Below, piece by piece: positions 10,068 through 19,277 of a stretch of DNA of 44,586 bases. The DNA lies in assembly GCA_040263275.1 (NCBI GenBank), contig JBDQKM010000003.1, positions 1 through 44,586 of the forward strand, given 5' to 3'. Numbering within the stretch: position 1 is the stretch's first letter; every line of letters starts with the position of its first letter. The translations under genes were made by a program, and so were the position numbers. The DNA is from Acidimicrobiales bacterium (lineage in GTDB: Bacteria > Actinomycetota > Acidimicrobiia > Acidimicrobiales > Aldehydirespiratoraceae). The notes below the pieces were generated by a model that was given only the letters and a program-made list of their open reading frames with translations, did no database searches and had not been told where the DNA came from.

Positions 10068-11234
10068 ATGTCCGACCACGACGCGACCACGGCGTTTCGC
10101 CGGTTCACCCGGCGGCTCGAAGAGTTGGCCGACCGGGTCGTCGGCGACGAGTTCCCCGACGCGCCGGCCGAACAGATCGAGCATCTGATCGAGCAGATCG
10201 CGGGCTTCGTCGAGTGGGAGGTGTTCCACGCCGATCCCGCCCGCCCCGCCTTCCACCGGCACAACGATCTCGTGCACCAATGGGGCGGCCCCAACGCCGA
10301 CAACGTCTACCACCACGCCCGGATCAGCCCCGACCGCCGCTACCGGATCACCGGCCGGATGCACTCGTGCGACCAGTGGCTCCTCGCGATCCGCAAGGGG
10401 TTCATGCACAACGAGGTGTGGGGCACCATGGCCCAGGTCACCGCGTCGGAGCTGGGGATCGGCCCCGGCGACGAGTTCGCGCTGACCCTCGGGGGCGCCG
10501 GCACCGGCGAGCGCCACATCGCCCTTCCCGACGGCGTGATCATGGCGTCGTTCCGGGAGTATTACTACGACTGGACGGCCGACGAACCCGCCACGATGGT
10601 GATCGAGTGCCTCGACGACCCCGGCCCTACGCCGACCGTGTCGCTCGACGAGCTCGAGGTCCGCCTCGACCGCGCCTTCCGGCAGGTCGAGGACTCGATG
10701 GTCTATTGGAACCGCTACATGGTCGAGAACCGCGACGAGCGCGAGCCCAACACCTTCGCCAGCGGTCTCGCGGTGGCCAAGGGCCTGTCGGCCGCCCGCT
10801 ACTCGTTCAACTTCTGGGATCTCGCACCCGACGAAGCCATCTTCGTGGAGGCCGACGTGCCTCGTGCCGACTACTGGGCGCTCCAGCTCTACCGCATGGG
10901 CACCTTCGAGCTGACCGACCCCGCCGGTCGGATCTGCAGCCGCAACCATCGCCAGACCACGCTCTCGCCCGACGGCCGTCTCCGCGCCGTGATCTCCCCG
11001 GTCGACGTCGGCGCCGCGAACTGGCTCGACACCGGTGGGCGGGCGACCGGACTCTGCACGTTCCGCTGGTTCTGGCCCCACGACGACAGCGCGCCGACCA
11101 TCGAGTCACGGGTTGTGAAGGTCGACGAACTCGATGCGGCGATGGGGTCGGCCACGCCCCGGGTCACCGACGAAGCGCGCCGGGCCGAGCTCGCGACCCG
11201 TCGGGCCCACCTGGCCTGGCGGTTCCGCACCTGA
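10068..11234 (+). CDS. DUF1214-domain protein (sulfotransferase-associated type)
   Basis: [43 protein letters not shown]...G...FRW pattern; TGA/ATG-coupled to the sulfotransferase. Confidence 0.7.
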   Translation: MSDHDATTAFRRFTRRLEELADRVVGDEFPDAPAEQIEHLIEQIAGFVEWEVFHADPARPAFHRHNDLVHQWGGPNADNVYHHARISPDRRYRITGRMHSCDQWLLAIRKGFMHNEVWGTMAQVTASELGIGPGDEFALTLGGAGTGERHIALPDGVIMASFREYYYDWTADEPATMVIECLDDPGPTPTVSLDELEVRLDRAFRQVEDSMVYWNRYMVENRDEREPNTFASGLAVAKGLSAARYSFNFWDLAPDEAIFVEADVPRADYWALQLYRMGTFELTDPAGRICSRNHRQTTLSPDGRLRAVISPVDVGAANWLDTGGRATGLCTFRWFWPHDDSAPTIESRVVKVDELDAAMGSATPRVTDEARRAELATRRAHLAWRFRT

Positions 11235-12373
11235 TGACCGACCAGGGCCTGGCGCGCGTCTCGCTGTGCCACGACGCCGCCGTTGCCGCCGGGGTCCCGC
11301 TCGACGAGGTCGAGCGGTCGCTGGTCGCGGTGGACGAACCGTTCGAACTGCTGCGGGCGTCGCTTCGCGACGACGCCGCGCTGACCGACGCGGGCCGCGC
11401 CTTCACCCATCGCTGGCTCGTCCGGCTGCTCCACGGCCGGGTCGCCATGGCGGCCGAGTCCGAACGCGACCCGTCGCTGGCCGACGAGGCGATCACGGCA
11501 CCGATCGTCGTCGCCGGCGCTCCCCGCACAGGCACCACGTACCTGCACCGGCTGTTGGCCCAGCATCCCGACCTGAGAGCTCCGGAAGGATGGGAGCTCC
11601 TCTTCCCGGCACCGGCGCCGGGGCCGAGCACCAGGGACGACGACCCCCGCATCCTGGCCGCCGACGAGGAGTTGACCTGGCCGCAGCGCCAGCGCGAGGA
11701 GATGCTCTCGATACATCGTTACGCCGGGCGCATGCACAAGGAGTGCCTCTCCGCGATGTCGTTCGCCTTCCGGAGCGAGGAGTTCGTCAGCCGCTACCAC
11801 GTCCCTCGCTATGTCGAGTGGCTGCAGGCCGCCGACATGACCCCGGCCTACGAGATGCACCGCCGCGTGCTCCAGGGATTGCAGCGCCACCGACCCACGC
11901 CACGATGGGTGCTGAAGTCGCCCGTGCACCTGAACAACCTGCCGACACTCCTGGCCACCCATCCCGACGCGTCGGTCGTCATCACCCACCGCGACCCGGC
12001 CGAAGTGCTGGGCTCGGTCACGAGCCTGGTGGCCAACCTGCGGCGCGCCTTCAGCGACCGGGTCGACGAGGCCGAGATCGCCCGCTACCACCTCGATCTC
12101 TACGGCCGATCGCTCGACGCGCTCGTGGACGCGCCCGCCGACTGGCCATTGATTCACATCGACCACCACACCCTGATCAAGGAGCCGCAGGCGACGGTCG
12201 ACGCGGTGTTGGCCCGGCTCGGGTTGTCGCCGGTCACCCTCGACGCCCGTCCGCCCGACGAGGCGGGCCGCCACGACTACGAACTCGTGGGCGTCGACCC
12301 CGACGAGATCGACGCGACCTTCGCCCGCTACCGGGAGCGCTTCCTGTCAGGGTCGGGATCCTCAGCTTCGTAG
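11234..12373 (+). CDS. Sulfotransferase family protein (Sulfotransfer_3)
   Basis: 5'-PSB motif GAPRTGTTYLHRLL, WVLKSPVHL, 3'-PB motif THRDPAEVLGS; starts at the TGATG overlap (11232-11236). Confidence 0.9.
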   Translation: MTDQGLARVSLCHDAAVAAGVPLDEVERSLVAVDEPFELLRASLRDDAALTDAGRAFTHRWLVRLLHGRVAMAAESERDPSLADEAITAPIVVAGAPRTGTTYLHRLLAQHPDLRAPEGWELLFPAPAPGPSTRDDDPRILAADEELTWPQRQREEMLSIHRYAGRMHKECLSAMSFAFRSEEFVSRYHVPRYVEWLQAADMTPAYEMHRRVLQGLQRHRPTPRWVLKSPVHLNNLPTLLATHPDASVVITHRDPAEVLGSVTSLVANLRRAFSDRVDEAEIARYHLDLYGRSLDALVDAPADWPLIHIDHHTLIKEPQATVDAVLARLGLSPVTLDARPPDEAGRHDYELVGVDPDEIDATFARYRERFLSGSGSSAS

Positions 12374-13138
12374 CGTCTCGGAGTGGCCGTCGACGGCCAG
12401 GGCCTGCCCGGAGATCTTGGCGCCGAGCGGGCTCACGAGGAAGGCGATGGTCTGGGCCACCTCCTCGGCATCGACGAAGGTCTGCATCGACACCTGCCGC
12501 TCGAAGCCGGCACGGACCTCGGCGGCGGGCCGGCCACTGGCCTGTGACTCGAGGTCGACGACATGGTCCATCCGCGGTCCGGTGATCGAGCCGGGACAGA
12601 CGGCGTTCACCCGCACGTTGAACTCACCCAACTCCATGGCCATCGTCTTCGTGAGGCCGATGACGGCGAACTTCGCGGCGGCGTACGGGGATCGATACGG
12701 GAATCCCATCAGTCCCGCGGTCGACGACACGTTCACGATCGAACCCGATCGCTGCGCCTTCATCGGTGGGATCGCATGTCGGGCGGTGCGAAACATCGAC
12801 GTGACGTCGACGTCGAGGGTGCGGGTGACGTCGGCGGGATCGAGATCCTCGAGCCGGCCACCCGGGCCGGCGATTCCCGCCATGTTGACCAGCACGTCGA
12901 TGCCGCCGAGATCGGCCAGCGCCACCCCCATGAAGGCATCGACCGCGCCGGTGTCGCCGACGTCGGCCACCCGACCGTCGATCCCGTCGATCCGCACCAC
13001 GTCGGCGAGGGCATCGGCATCGACGTCGCACGTCCACACCCTGGCTCCGGCTCCCGCGAGGAGCGTGGCGGTGGCGCGCCCGATCCCGGCACCACCGGCG
13101 GTGACGACCACCCGCAGTCCGGCCAGGTCCAGCTCCAT
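12362..13138 (-). CDS. SDR family oxidoreductase
   Basis: TAGGAGIG, DVLVNMAG, SS..G, YAAAK catalytic motif, VNAVCPG. Confidence 0.92.
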   Translation of the reverse strand: MELDLAGLRVVVTAGGAGIGRATATLLAGAGARVWTCDVDADALADVVRIDGIDGRVADVGDTGAVDAFMGVALADLGGIDVLVNMAGIAGPGGRLEDLDPADVTRTLDVDVTSMFRTARHAIPPMKAQRSGSIVNVSSTAGLMGFPYRSPYAAAKFAVIGLTKTMAMELGEFNVRVNAVCPGSITGPRMDHVVDLESQASGRPAAEVRAGFERQVSMQTFVDAEEVAQTIAFLVSPLGAKISGQALAVDGHSETLRS

Positions 13139-13156
13139 GTCGGTCGACGAGACCCG

Positions 13157-13957
13157 CTAGGAGACGACGATGCCGCCATCGCAGGTGATGACGTCTCCCA
13201 CGGTGAAGGCGCCGGCCCGTGAGCTCAGGAAGATGGCGAGACCGGCGATGTCCTCGGGGGTCCCGACCCGGCCGCGGGGGTTGGTCCGCCCCAGCGCATC
13301 CCAGTCGGTGCCCTCGACATCTCCTCCGGTACCCACACCCGTGCTGAGCATCCACGTGGGGAACGGCCCCGGCGCGATCGCGTTGACGATGATGTTGCGC
13401 GGCGCCAGCTGGCCACCGAGCTGGCGGGTCAGCGCGTGGACCGCCGCCTTCGACGGCCCGTAGGAGTACGTCTCGAACGCCGGCGACTTGATCCCGTCGA
13501 TCGATCCGATGTTGATGATCCGACTCGGGTCCTCTGCCGTCGCCCCGGCCTCGAGCAGCGGGAGCAGCTGCTGGATCAGGAAGAACACGCCCTTGACGTT
13601 GGTGTCCATCACCTTGTCCCAACCCTTCTCGGGGAACTCGGCGAGTGGCGCGCCCCACGACACGCCGGCGTTGTTCACGAGGATGTCGAGATGGTCGTCG
13701 TTCGCCGCGATCGCCTCGGCCAGGACATTGATGCCGTCGAGCCCCGAGAGGTCGGCGGGCACCGAGATGCATTCGCCGCCGTGGGCGGCCATCAGCCGTT
13801 CGGCGGTTGCGTCGCAGGCCTCGGCCTTGCGGGAACTGATGTAGACCTTGGCGCCATTGGCCAGGTAGCCGGCGGCGATCATCTCGCCGATTCCGCGGGA
13901 ACCGCCGGTGACCAGCGCGATTTTGCCGTCGACGGAGAACAGGTCGTTGATCTTCAT
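13157..13957 (-). CDS. SDR family oxidoreductase (RhlG-like)
   Basis: TGGSRGIG, DILVNNAG, YGPSK catalytic motif, NAIAPGPF. -10 TAGGGT lies 6 nt before the ATG. Confidence 0.92.
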   Translation of the reverse strand: MKINDLFSVDGKIALVTGGSRGIGEMIAAGYLANGAKVYISSRKAEACDATAERLMAAHGGECISVPADLSGLDGINVLAEAIAANDDHLDILVNNAGVSWGAPLAEFPEKGWDKVMDTNVKGVFFLIQQLLPLLEAGATAEDPSRIINIGSIDGIKSPAFETYSYGPSKAAVHALTRQLGGQLAPRNIIVNAIAPGPFPTWMLSTGVGTGGDVEGTDWDALGRTNPRGRVGTPEDIAGLAIFLSSRAGAFTVGDVITCDGGIVVS

Positions 13958-13970
13958 GGCCGGACCCTAC

Positions 13971-14903
13971 TCAGACCCCGGAGAGGAACCCAGCGAGCAG
14001 CGACGCGCACCGGTCCGGTTCGTCGATCCACGGCGCGTGGCCCGCCTCGTCGAGCACCACCAGACGGGAATCGGGTAAGCGCGAGGCGAACGACCGGGCG
14101 ACCTCGGGTCCCCCGTTCGGGTCCTCGGCCCCCCACAGGAACTGCACGGGCATCGTCACCCGCTCGAGTTCGGCGTCGGTCAGCAGCATGTCCCGATTCA
14201 GACCCGCGACCGGGGTGATCACCCCCGGAGTCGATCGCAGTTCGTTGGCGAGGGTGTCGGTCTCACGGAGAAGGGCGAGGAACCAGTCGAGCATCTCGTC
14301 GGAGAACTTCCCGGTTGCGAGGGCGCGACGTAGTCCGATCTGGCGCAGCATCGCGCGAAGCGCCGGGCGGGTCATCGGGATCCGTGGCATGAGGCGCCGC
14401 ATCCCGGGGACGGCGCCGAGGCGCAGCGACATCGTCACCTTGTCCATCGGTGCCCCCATCGGCCAACTGAACTCGGTGATGCGTTCGATGCGGTCCGGAT
14501 GCGCAGCTGCGCCACGGAACGCGAAGAGGCCACCGAACGACGTGGCCACCACCGCTGCCCGCTCGATGCCCAGCGCGTCGAGCACCTCGGGGATCAGCCG
14601 GTCGGCGTAGGTCTTGACCGCGTCGACCTCGGCCATGCCGGCCGCGCCGCGCACCGGCTCACTGAGACCGCAGCCGGGCCGATCGATGGCGAGGCAGCGG
14701 AAGCCCGGGAGCCGCCCGATCAGCCCGGACCAGCTGGTGCCGCCGTTCATGGCGCCGTGCACGAAGAGGACGGGCGGCCCCTCGCCCACAGCCTGGACCC
14801 GGACCCGGGGCCCGGTGGCCAGGGTCACGAAGTGCTCGGTCGGGGCGACGCCGGCTCTGGCCCACAACACCGCCTCGGCGGCGGCGATTCGGGGTCCGGA
14901 CAC
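13971..14903 (-). CDS. Alpha/beta fold hydrolase
   Basis: VLFVHG oxyanion motif, AIDRPGCGLS, nucleophile elbow ATSFGG, WGAEDP, AGHAPW. Confidence 0.88.
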   Translation of the reverse strand: MSGPRIAAAEAVLWARAGVAPTEHFVTLATGPRVRVQAVGEGPPVLFVHGAMNGGTSWSGLIGRLPGFRCLAIDRPGCGLSEPVRGAAGMAEVDAVKTYADRLIPEVLDALGIERAAVVATSFGGLFAFRGAAAHPDRIERITEFSWPMGAPMDKVTMSLRLGAVPGMRRLMPRIPMTRPALRAMLRQIGLRRALATGKFSDEMLDWFLALLRETDTLANELRSTPGVITPVAGLNRDMLLTDAELERVTMPVQFLWGAEDPNGGPEVARSFASRLPDSRLVVLDEAGHAPWIDEPDRCASLLAGFLSGV

Positions 14904-14955
14904 GAGGCCATGTTCGCAGGTGCCGGGGCGGCCCGCCGATCTAGGGTGACCGACG

Positions 14956-15654
14956 ATGACCGATGCCGAGGACGCCGCGGGCCCGCTGATCGGGCGCGGG
15001 CGAGCCGCCGACGTCTACGACCTGGGCGGTGGGCGGGTGCTGCGCCGCAACCGAAACGGCGCGTCGACCGAACGCGAGGCCGCGGTGATGCGCCACGTCG
15101 CGGCGCACGGCTATCCGGTGCCGGAGGTCTTCGCGGCCGAGGGCCCCGACCTCGTCATGACCCGCCTCGACGGCCCCACGATGCTGCAGGCCTTCGGGGC
15201 CCGGCCCTGGCGCCTTCGACGCTGGACCCGGATGCTCGCCGACCTGCACCTGCGCCTCGAGGAGATCCCCCTGCCCGACATCGACCTCCCGGCCCGGGCG
15301 GGCGCAACCGAGACCCTGACCCACGGCGACCTGCACCCCGACAACGTGATCCTGACCGCCGGCGGGCCGGTGGTCATCGACTGGCCCAACGCCTTGGTCG
15401 GCCCCGCCGGGTCCGACGCGGCCAACACCTGGCTGCTGGTGGCGACCGCCGACGTCGAGGGCGGTCTGGTGTCGTCGGCTCTGGCCCGCGCCGCCCGCGG
15501 CTACTTCGTCCGCCGCTTCGTCGACCAGTGCGGACGCGACCGGATCAGCCCACTCCTGGGCGCCGCGGCCGAGCACAAGCTGCGTGACCCCAACGTGCGC
15601 CCTCACGAGGCCGACGCGATGCGGGCACTCGTTGCTCGGGCGGGAACGGGCTGA
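14956..15654 (+). CDS. Aminoglycoside phosphotransferase (APH)-family kinase
   Basis: IGRGRAADVY, HGDLHPDNVI (Brenner motif), VVIDW. Confidence 0.88.
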   Translation: MTDAEDAAGPLIGRGRAADVYDLGGGRVLRRNRNGASTEREAAVMRHVAAHGYPVPEVFAAEGPDLVMTRLDGPTMLQAFGARPWRLRRWTRMLADLHLRLEEIPLPDIDLPARAGATETLTHGDLHPDNVILTAGGPVVIDWPNALVGPAGSDAANTWLLVATADVEGGLVSSALARAARGYFVRRFVDQCGRDRISPLLGAAAEHKLRDPNVRPHEADAMRALVARAGTG

Positions 15655-15691
15655 ACCCTCTCCCGTCTCGCGGCCGACTACCGTCCGCTTC

Positions 15692-16030
15692 GTGCCCGCC
15701 GACGCCTCCACCGACGCCGAGCCGACACCGATGGTGATCGTGAGTGGGTGGGTGCTCGCCCGGCCCGACACCACCGCCCAGGTCGAGGCCGCCTGCCTCG
15801 CCCACGTGCGACGTTCTCGCACCGAACCGGGTTGCCTACGCCACTCGGTCCACCGCGACGTCGAGAATCCGCAGCGGTTCGTCTTCCTCGAACACTGGCG
15901 TTCGCTCGCGGACCTTCACCGGCACTTCGCGGTCCCGGAATCCGCGGCACTCATCACGACCCTGCAGGCCCTCTGCGACGAACTGTCGCCGATCGAGATC
16001 CATGAAGTCGTCACGCCCGTCGGTGGCTGA
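15692..16030 (+). CDS. Antibiotic biosynthesis monooxygenase (ABM) / putative quinol monooxygenase
   Basis: SRTEPGCLRHSVHRD..NPQRFVFLEHW...L..HF pattern. GTG 15692 is preceded by -10 TACCGT 7 nt upstream; alternative ATG at 15731. Confidence 0.82.
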   Translation: MPADASTDAEPTPMVIVSGWVLARPDTTAQVEAACLAHVRRSRTEPGCLRHSVHRDVENPQRFVFLEHWRSLADLHRHFAVPESAALITTLQALCDELSPIEIHEVVTPVGG

Positions 16031-16111
16031 GGAGCGGCGCGCTTCCGCCGGTACCGAATCGGGACCTGCGACCCTTTCTTCGGCCGCTGCCCCCACCCAC
16101 GCTGAGGGCGG

Positions 16112-16648
16112 ATGAACGACATCGACCCCCACGTTGCCGCCGACTTCTTCGCGTTCGTCCTGTTGGCGGGCGTGGCGATGCTCGTCGTCGCGATCACGCG
16201 CCCGCCCTCGCGGCAGGCCGTGGCCGACGATGCCCTGCGGCTCGTGACCGTCGTCGCCGGCGGGGCCACGGTCGGCAGTCTCTACTTCTCCGAGGTCGCC
16301 GACTTCGTGCCCTGCGAGATGTGCTGGTTCCAGCGGATCGCGATGTACCCGATCGCCGTTCTCGGCGTCATCGCCTCCTTCCGCCGCGACCGGAGCGTGC
16401 TCCCCTATGTCGCAGTGCTGGCGTCGCTCGGTCTCGTGGCCTCGATCTACCACATAGGGATTCAGCTCTTCCCCGAGCAATCGACGTTCTGCGATGTCGC
16501 GAATCCGTGCTCGGCCCAATGGGTCGAGGGACTCGGTTGGATGAGCATCCCCCAGATGGCAGGCCTGTCGTTCGCCGCGATCATCGCCTTGACGGTCGTC
16601 AGCATTCGCACCCCCCACACCGACACACCCCCCAAGGAGTCGTCATGA
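16112..16648 (+). CDS. Disulfide bond formation protein B (DsbB/BdbC type)
   Basis: GSLYFSEV..FVPCEMCWFQRIAMYP, second Cys pair (FCDVANPCS), MSIPQMA, several hydrophobic helices. Confidence 0.9.
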   Translation: MNDIDPHVAADFFAFVLLAGVAMLVVAITRPPSRQAVADDALRLVTVVAGGATVGSLYFSEVADFVPCEMCWFQRIAMYPIAVLGVIASFRRDRSVLPYVAVLASLGLVASIYHIGIQLFPEQSTFCDVANPCSAQWVEGLGWMSIPQMAGLSFAAIIALTVVSIRTPHTDTPPKESS

Positions 16649-17295
16649 ATTCGAAGTCAGCTCGCTCGTCGAGCCCGATGCCCGCAGTGTTCCGCTCACC
16701 CATGACATGGCTGCTGGTGGTCGTCGTGATCGCCCTGGTCTTCGTCTTCACGTCCTCGGACGACGACGACGGCGCCGACGCCGACCCCCAGACCGGCCCG
16801 GTCGAGATCACCGGCACCGTGCTACCCCCCTACACCGAACCCGACACCGCGACCGGGCTCACCATCCCGACCGTCGAGGCATCGCTGCTCGGCGGCGGCG
16901 CGATGCGGATCGAAGCGGGCGACGGCACGCCCCGGCTCATCGGATTCTTCGCCCACTGGTGCCCGCACTGCCAGGCCGAGGTACCGATCGCAGGCGAATG
17001 GCTCCGCACCACCGCGCTCCCCGGAGGAGTCCAGGCGGTTGCGGTGTCGACGGCGGTCGAGCCGAGTGGCGACAACTACCCACCCTCCGACTGGTTCGCT
17101 CGGGAGAACTGGCCCACCCGTGTGCTGCTCGACGACGACGACGGCTCCATCGCCGGCGCCTTCGGTCTCACCGCCTTCCCGTTCTGGGTCGCCACCGATG
17201 CGCAGGGCGAGGTTGTCGCCCGGATGACGGGCAACGCCTCGGTGGCCCAACTCGAGGCCATGGCCGTCCTCGCCGCGGCGAGTACCGCACCCTGA
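16645..17295 (+). CDS. Membrane-anchored TlpA/thioredoxin-like thiol:disulfide oxidoreductase
   Basis: N-terminal TM segment, FFAHWCPHCQAE, cis-Pro AFPFW; AAGGAG RBS and ATGA overlap with dsbB. Confidence 0.88.
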   Translation: MNSKSARSSSPMPAVFRSPMTWLLVVVVIALVFVFTSSDDDDGADADPQTGPVEITGTVLPPYTEPDTATGLTIPTVEASLLGGGAMRIEAGDGTPRLIGFFAHWCPHCQAEVPIAGEWLRTTALPGGVQAVAVSTAVEPSGDNYPPSDWFARENWPTRVLLDDDDGSIAGAFGLTAFPFWVATDAQGEVVARMTGNASVAQLEAMAVLAAASTAP

Positions 17296-17364
17296 GCGGC
17301 GACGAGGCAAGATCTCACCCACCGATCACGATCCCGAGAATCGACCAACAGGAGACAGACCGCC

Positions 17365-17583
17365 ATGGACCTCATCGAGTTCGAAGAGAAGAAGCGCTGC
17401 ACCCGAGAGGAAGCGGCGGCCGTGCTGCGCACCCTCGCCGACCAACTCGCCCGCCACAACGACCTCGAGTTCACCCGTGAGGGTCTGCGCTACACCGTCG
17501 ACGTCGCCGACGAGGTCGACATCGAGGTCGAGATCGAGATCGGCGACAAGAAGAACGAACTGGAGATCACCGTCACCTGGTAG
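17365..17583 (+). CDS. amphi-Trp domain-containing protein
   Basis: 72 aa: REEAAAVLRTLADQL helix, alternating acidic/hydrophobic beta pattern (VDIEVEIEIG..ELEITVT), terminal Trp; CAGGAG RBS. Confidence 0.85.
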   Translation: MDLIEFEEKKRCTREEAAAVLRTLADQLARHNDLEFTREGLRYTVDVADEVDIEVEIEIGDKKNELEITVTW

Positions 17584-17618
17584 CGCACTGTCGACGACCC
17601 ACAGTTGACAATCCTTGT

Positions 17619-17648
17619 TTGACAATGAGTCCGTCACATTCGTAACCT
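17619..17648 (+). promoter_or_regulatory. Housekeeping sigma-type promoter: -35 TTGACA, 18-nt spacer, -10 TAACCT
   Basis: Exact TTGACA at 17619-17624 and TAnnnT at 17643-17648 in an AT-richer intergenic patch. Confidence 0.7.
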
Positions 17649-17703
17649 GATCGCAATCAGAAGGCCGGGGGCCCGCCGCACCCGTCCGAGGAAGGACTCC
17701 ATC

Positions 17704-17853
17704 ATGATCCTCGCCGCTCTCTCCCTGATTGCGCTCCTCACGCTCGCCTTGGTCGCGAGCATCGCCCTGGTCCTGCGTCACGTGGCGTTCGAACAGCACG
17801 CCCGTCGGCACGCGCGTCGCGCCGACGAACCCGCTCTGCCCCTGGCGGCCTGA
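17704..17853 (+). CDS. Small single-TM protein, 49 aa (MILAALSLIALLTLALVASIALVLRHVAFEQHARRHARRADEPALPLAA); absent from the ORF track
   Basis: GAGGAAGGA RBS 7 nt upstream, consensus promoter upstream, GC3-rich codons, 24-residue hydrophobic stretch followed by basic residues. Confidence 0.7.
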   Translation: MILAALSLIALLTLALVASIALVLRHVAFEQHARRHARRADEPALPLAA

Positions 17854-17900
17854 AACCACAGCAGACGGCGGAGCGCGACCCGCTCGCTGCGATCCGCCCG

Positions 17901-19277
17901 ATGACGACTCCTCCCGCGCCATTCCTCGACGAGCTCACCGCGGCCCTCGGATCCGAGTCGGTCCTCCGCGACGATCCGGTCGTCGTGCGTCCCCGTTCGA
18001 CGACCGAGGTGGCGACGGTCCTACGAGCCTGCGGAGACCACGGCGTGGCGATCGTGCCGCGGGGTGGCGACACCGGACTCTCCGGAGGGACCGACCTCCC
18101 CGCCGATCGTTCGGCGATCGTGCTCTCCCTCGACCGCCTCACTGCCATCGAGGCGGTCGACCCCGAGCGGTGGACGATCACCGCCCAGGCCGGTGTGACG
18201 ATCCAGTCGCTGCAGGAGGCCGCGGCCGACGTCGACCGGAAGTTCGCTCCCGACTGGGGCGCGCGGGGGACCGCCACCATCGGCGGCGCCATCGCCACCG
18301 ATGCCGGCGGCAACAATGTCGTCCGCTACGGCAACCTCCGCGACAACGTCATGGGGGTCGAGGTCGTGCTCCCCGATGGTCGGATCTGGGACGGGCGGCG
18401 GGCCCTTCGAAAGGACTCCTCGGGCTACGACCTCAAGCAGTTGTTCATCGGGGCGGAGGGGACCCTCGGCATCGTCACCTCCGCAGTGCTCCGGCTCGTC
18501 CCTGCCACCCCGCACAACCAGTCGGCCCTCGCTGCCCTCACCGGACTCGACGCCCTCATGCCGTTGTTGGCGCTGGCTCACGAGCACGCGCCGGCGGTGC
18601 TGACGGCGTTCGAGCTCATGCCCGACGTGGCGATCGAGCGGGTGTGCTCGCGCTACGCCGTCACCCACCCGATGCCGAGCCGAGCCGAGCACCATCTGCT
18701 GGTGACGCTCGCCTCCTCGGAGCCGGTGACCGACATGCTCTCGGCGTTCCTCGCCGCGGCCGACGACGCCGGCCTCATCAGCGACGCCGTCGTCGCCGCG
18801 ACCGCCGACCAGGAGTCGGCACTCTGGTTCTTCCGTGACGAGATCCCGCCCCCACGGGCCTACCCGGACCACCACACCGTCGGCCTCAAGCTCGACACCG
18901 CGGTCCCGATCGATCGCATCAGCGAGTTCATCCGTCGCGTCTCGGCGCTCGCCGCGATGCTGACGCCCGGGGCCCACTGCTACGGGTTCGGTCACGTGGG
19001 CGACGGCAACATCCACATGATGGTGCTCCCCACCGACGACGGCGCGGTCGCCGACTTCCTCGAGCGCAAGCCGCAGCTCCAGCAGGCGGTCGATGCCCTG
19101 GTGTTCGAACTCGAGGGGACGATCAGCGCCGAGCACGGGCTCGGCACCCTGCTCCGGGAGCGGGTCGCACCCCAGAAACCCCCGGTCGAGTGGGACCTGA
19201 TGCGCACGATCAAGGCCGCGCTCGATCCCCACGACCTCTGCAACCCGGGAAAAACGCTCCCTCCGGCTCAGCCCTGA
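17901..19277 (+). CDS. FAD-binding oxidoreductase (D-2-hydroxyacid / D-2-hydroxyglutarate dehydrogenase-like)
   Basis: PRGGDTGLSGG, ATIGGAIATDAGG, LRKDSSGYDLKQLFIGAEGTLG, FGHVGDGNIH, SAEHGLG, NPGK. Confidence 0.9.
   Translation: MTTPPAPFLDELTAALGSESVLRDDPVVVRPRSTTEVATVLRACGDHGVAIVPRGGDTGLSGGTDLPADRSAIVLSLDRLTAIEAVDPERWTITAQAGVTIQSLQEAAADVDRKFAPDWGARGTATIGGAIATDAGGNNVVRYGNLRDNVMGVEVVLPDGRIWDGRRALRKDSSGYDLKQLFIGAEGTLGIVTSAVLRLVPATPHNQSALAALTGLDALMPLLALAHEHAPAVLTAFELMPDVAIERVCSRYAVTHPMPSRAEHHLLVTLASSEPVTDMLSAFLAAADDAGLISDAVVAATADQESALWFFRDEIPPPRAYPDHHTVGLKLDTAVPIDRISEFIRRVSALAAMLTPGAHCYGFGHVGDGNIHMMVLPTDDGAVADFLERKPQLQQAVDALVFELEGTISAEHGLGTLLRERVAPQKPPVEWDLMRTIKAALDPHDLCNPGKTLPPAQP

Noticed and set aside
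10214-11233. Long N-terminal extensions in the ORF track (10214..12373, 8189..9736, 20135..21307, 29456..31426, 34497..36476, 41982..43778, 38215..42171)
   Set aside because: The extensions overlap neighbouring real genes and are low-complexity. Internal starts are supported by stop/start coupling or -10 boxes.
17623-17638. CRP/GlxR site suggested by TCACA at 17634-17638
   Set aside because: The upstream half-site (CAATG) does not match TGTGA at 6-bp spacing.
17800-17853. tmRNA gene or fragment suggested by the LAA-stop ending
   Set aside because: No tRNA-like ends are visible, and the reading frame has its own ATG, RBS and TM segment.
17901-18000. Possible deletion in the FAD oxidase N-terminus (short segment before VVVRP)
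   Set aside because: The frame is intact and all core motifs are present. This cannot be distinguished from natural variation without an alignment.
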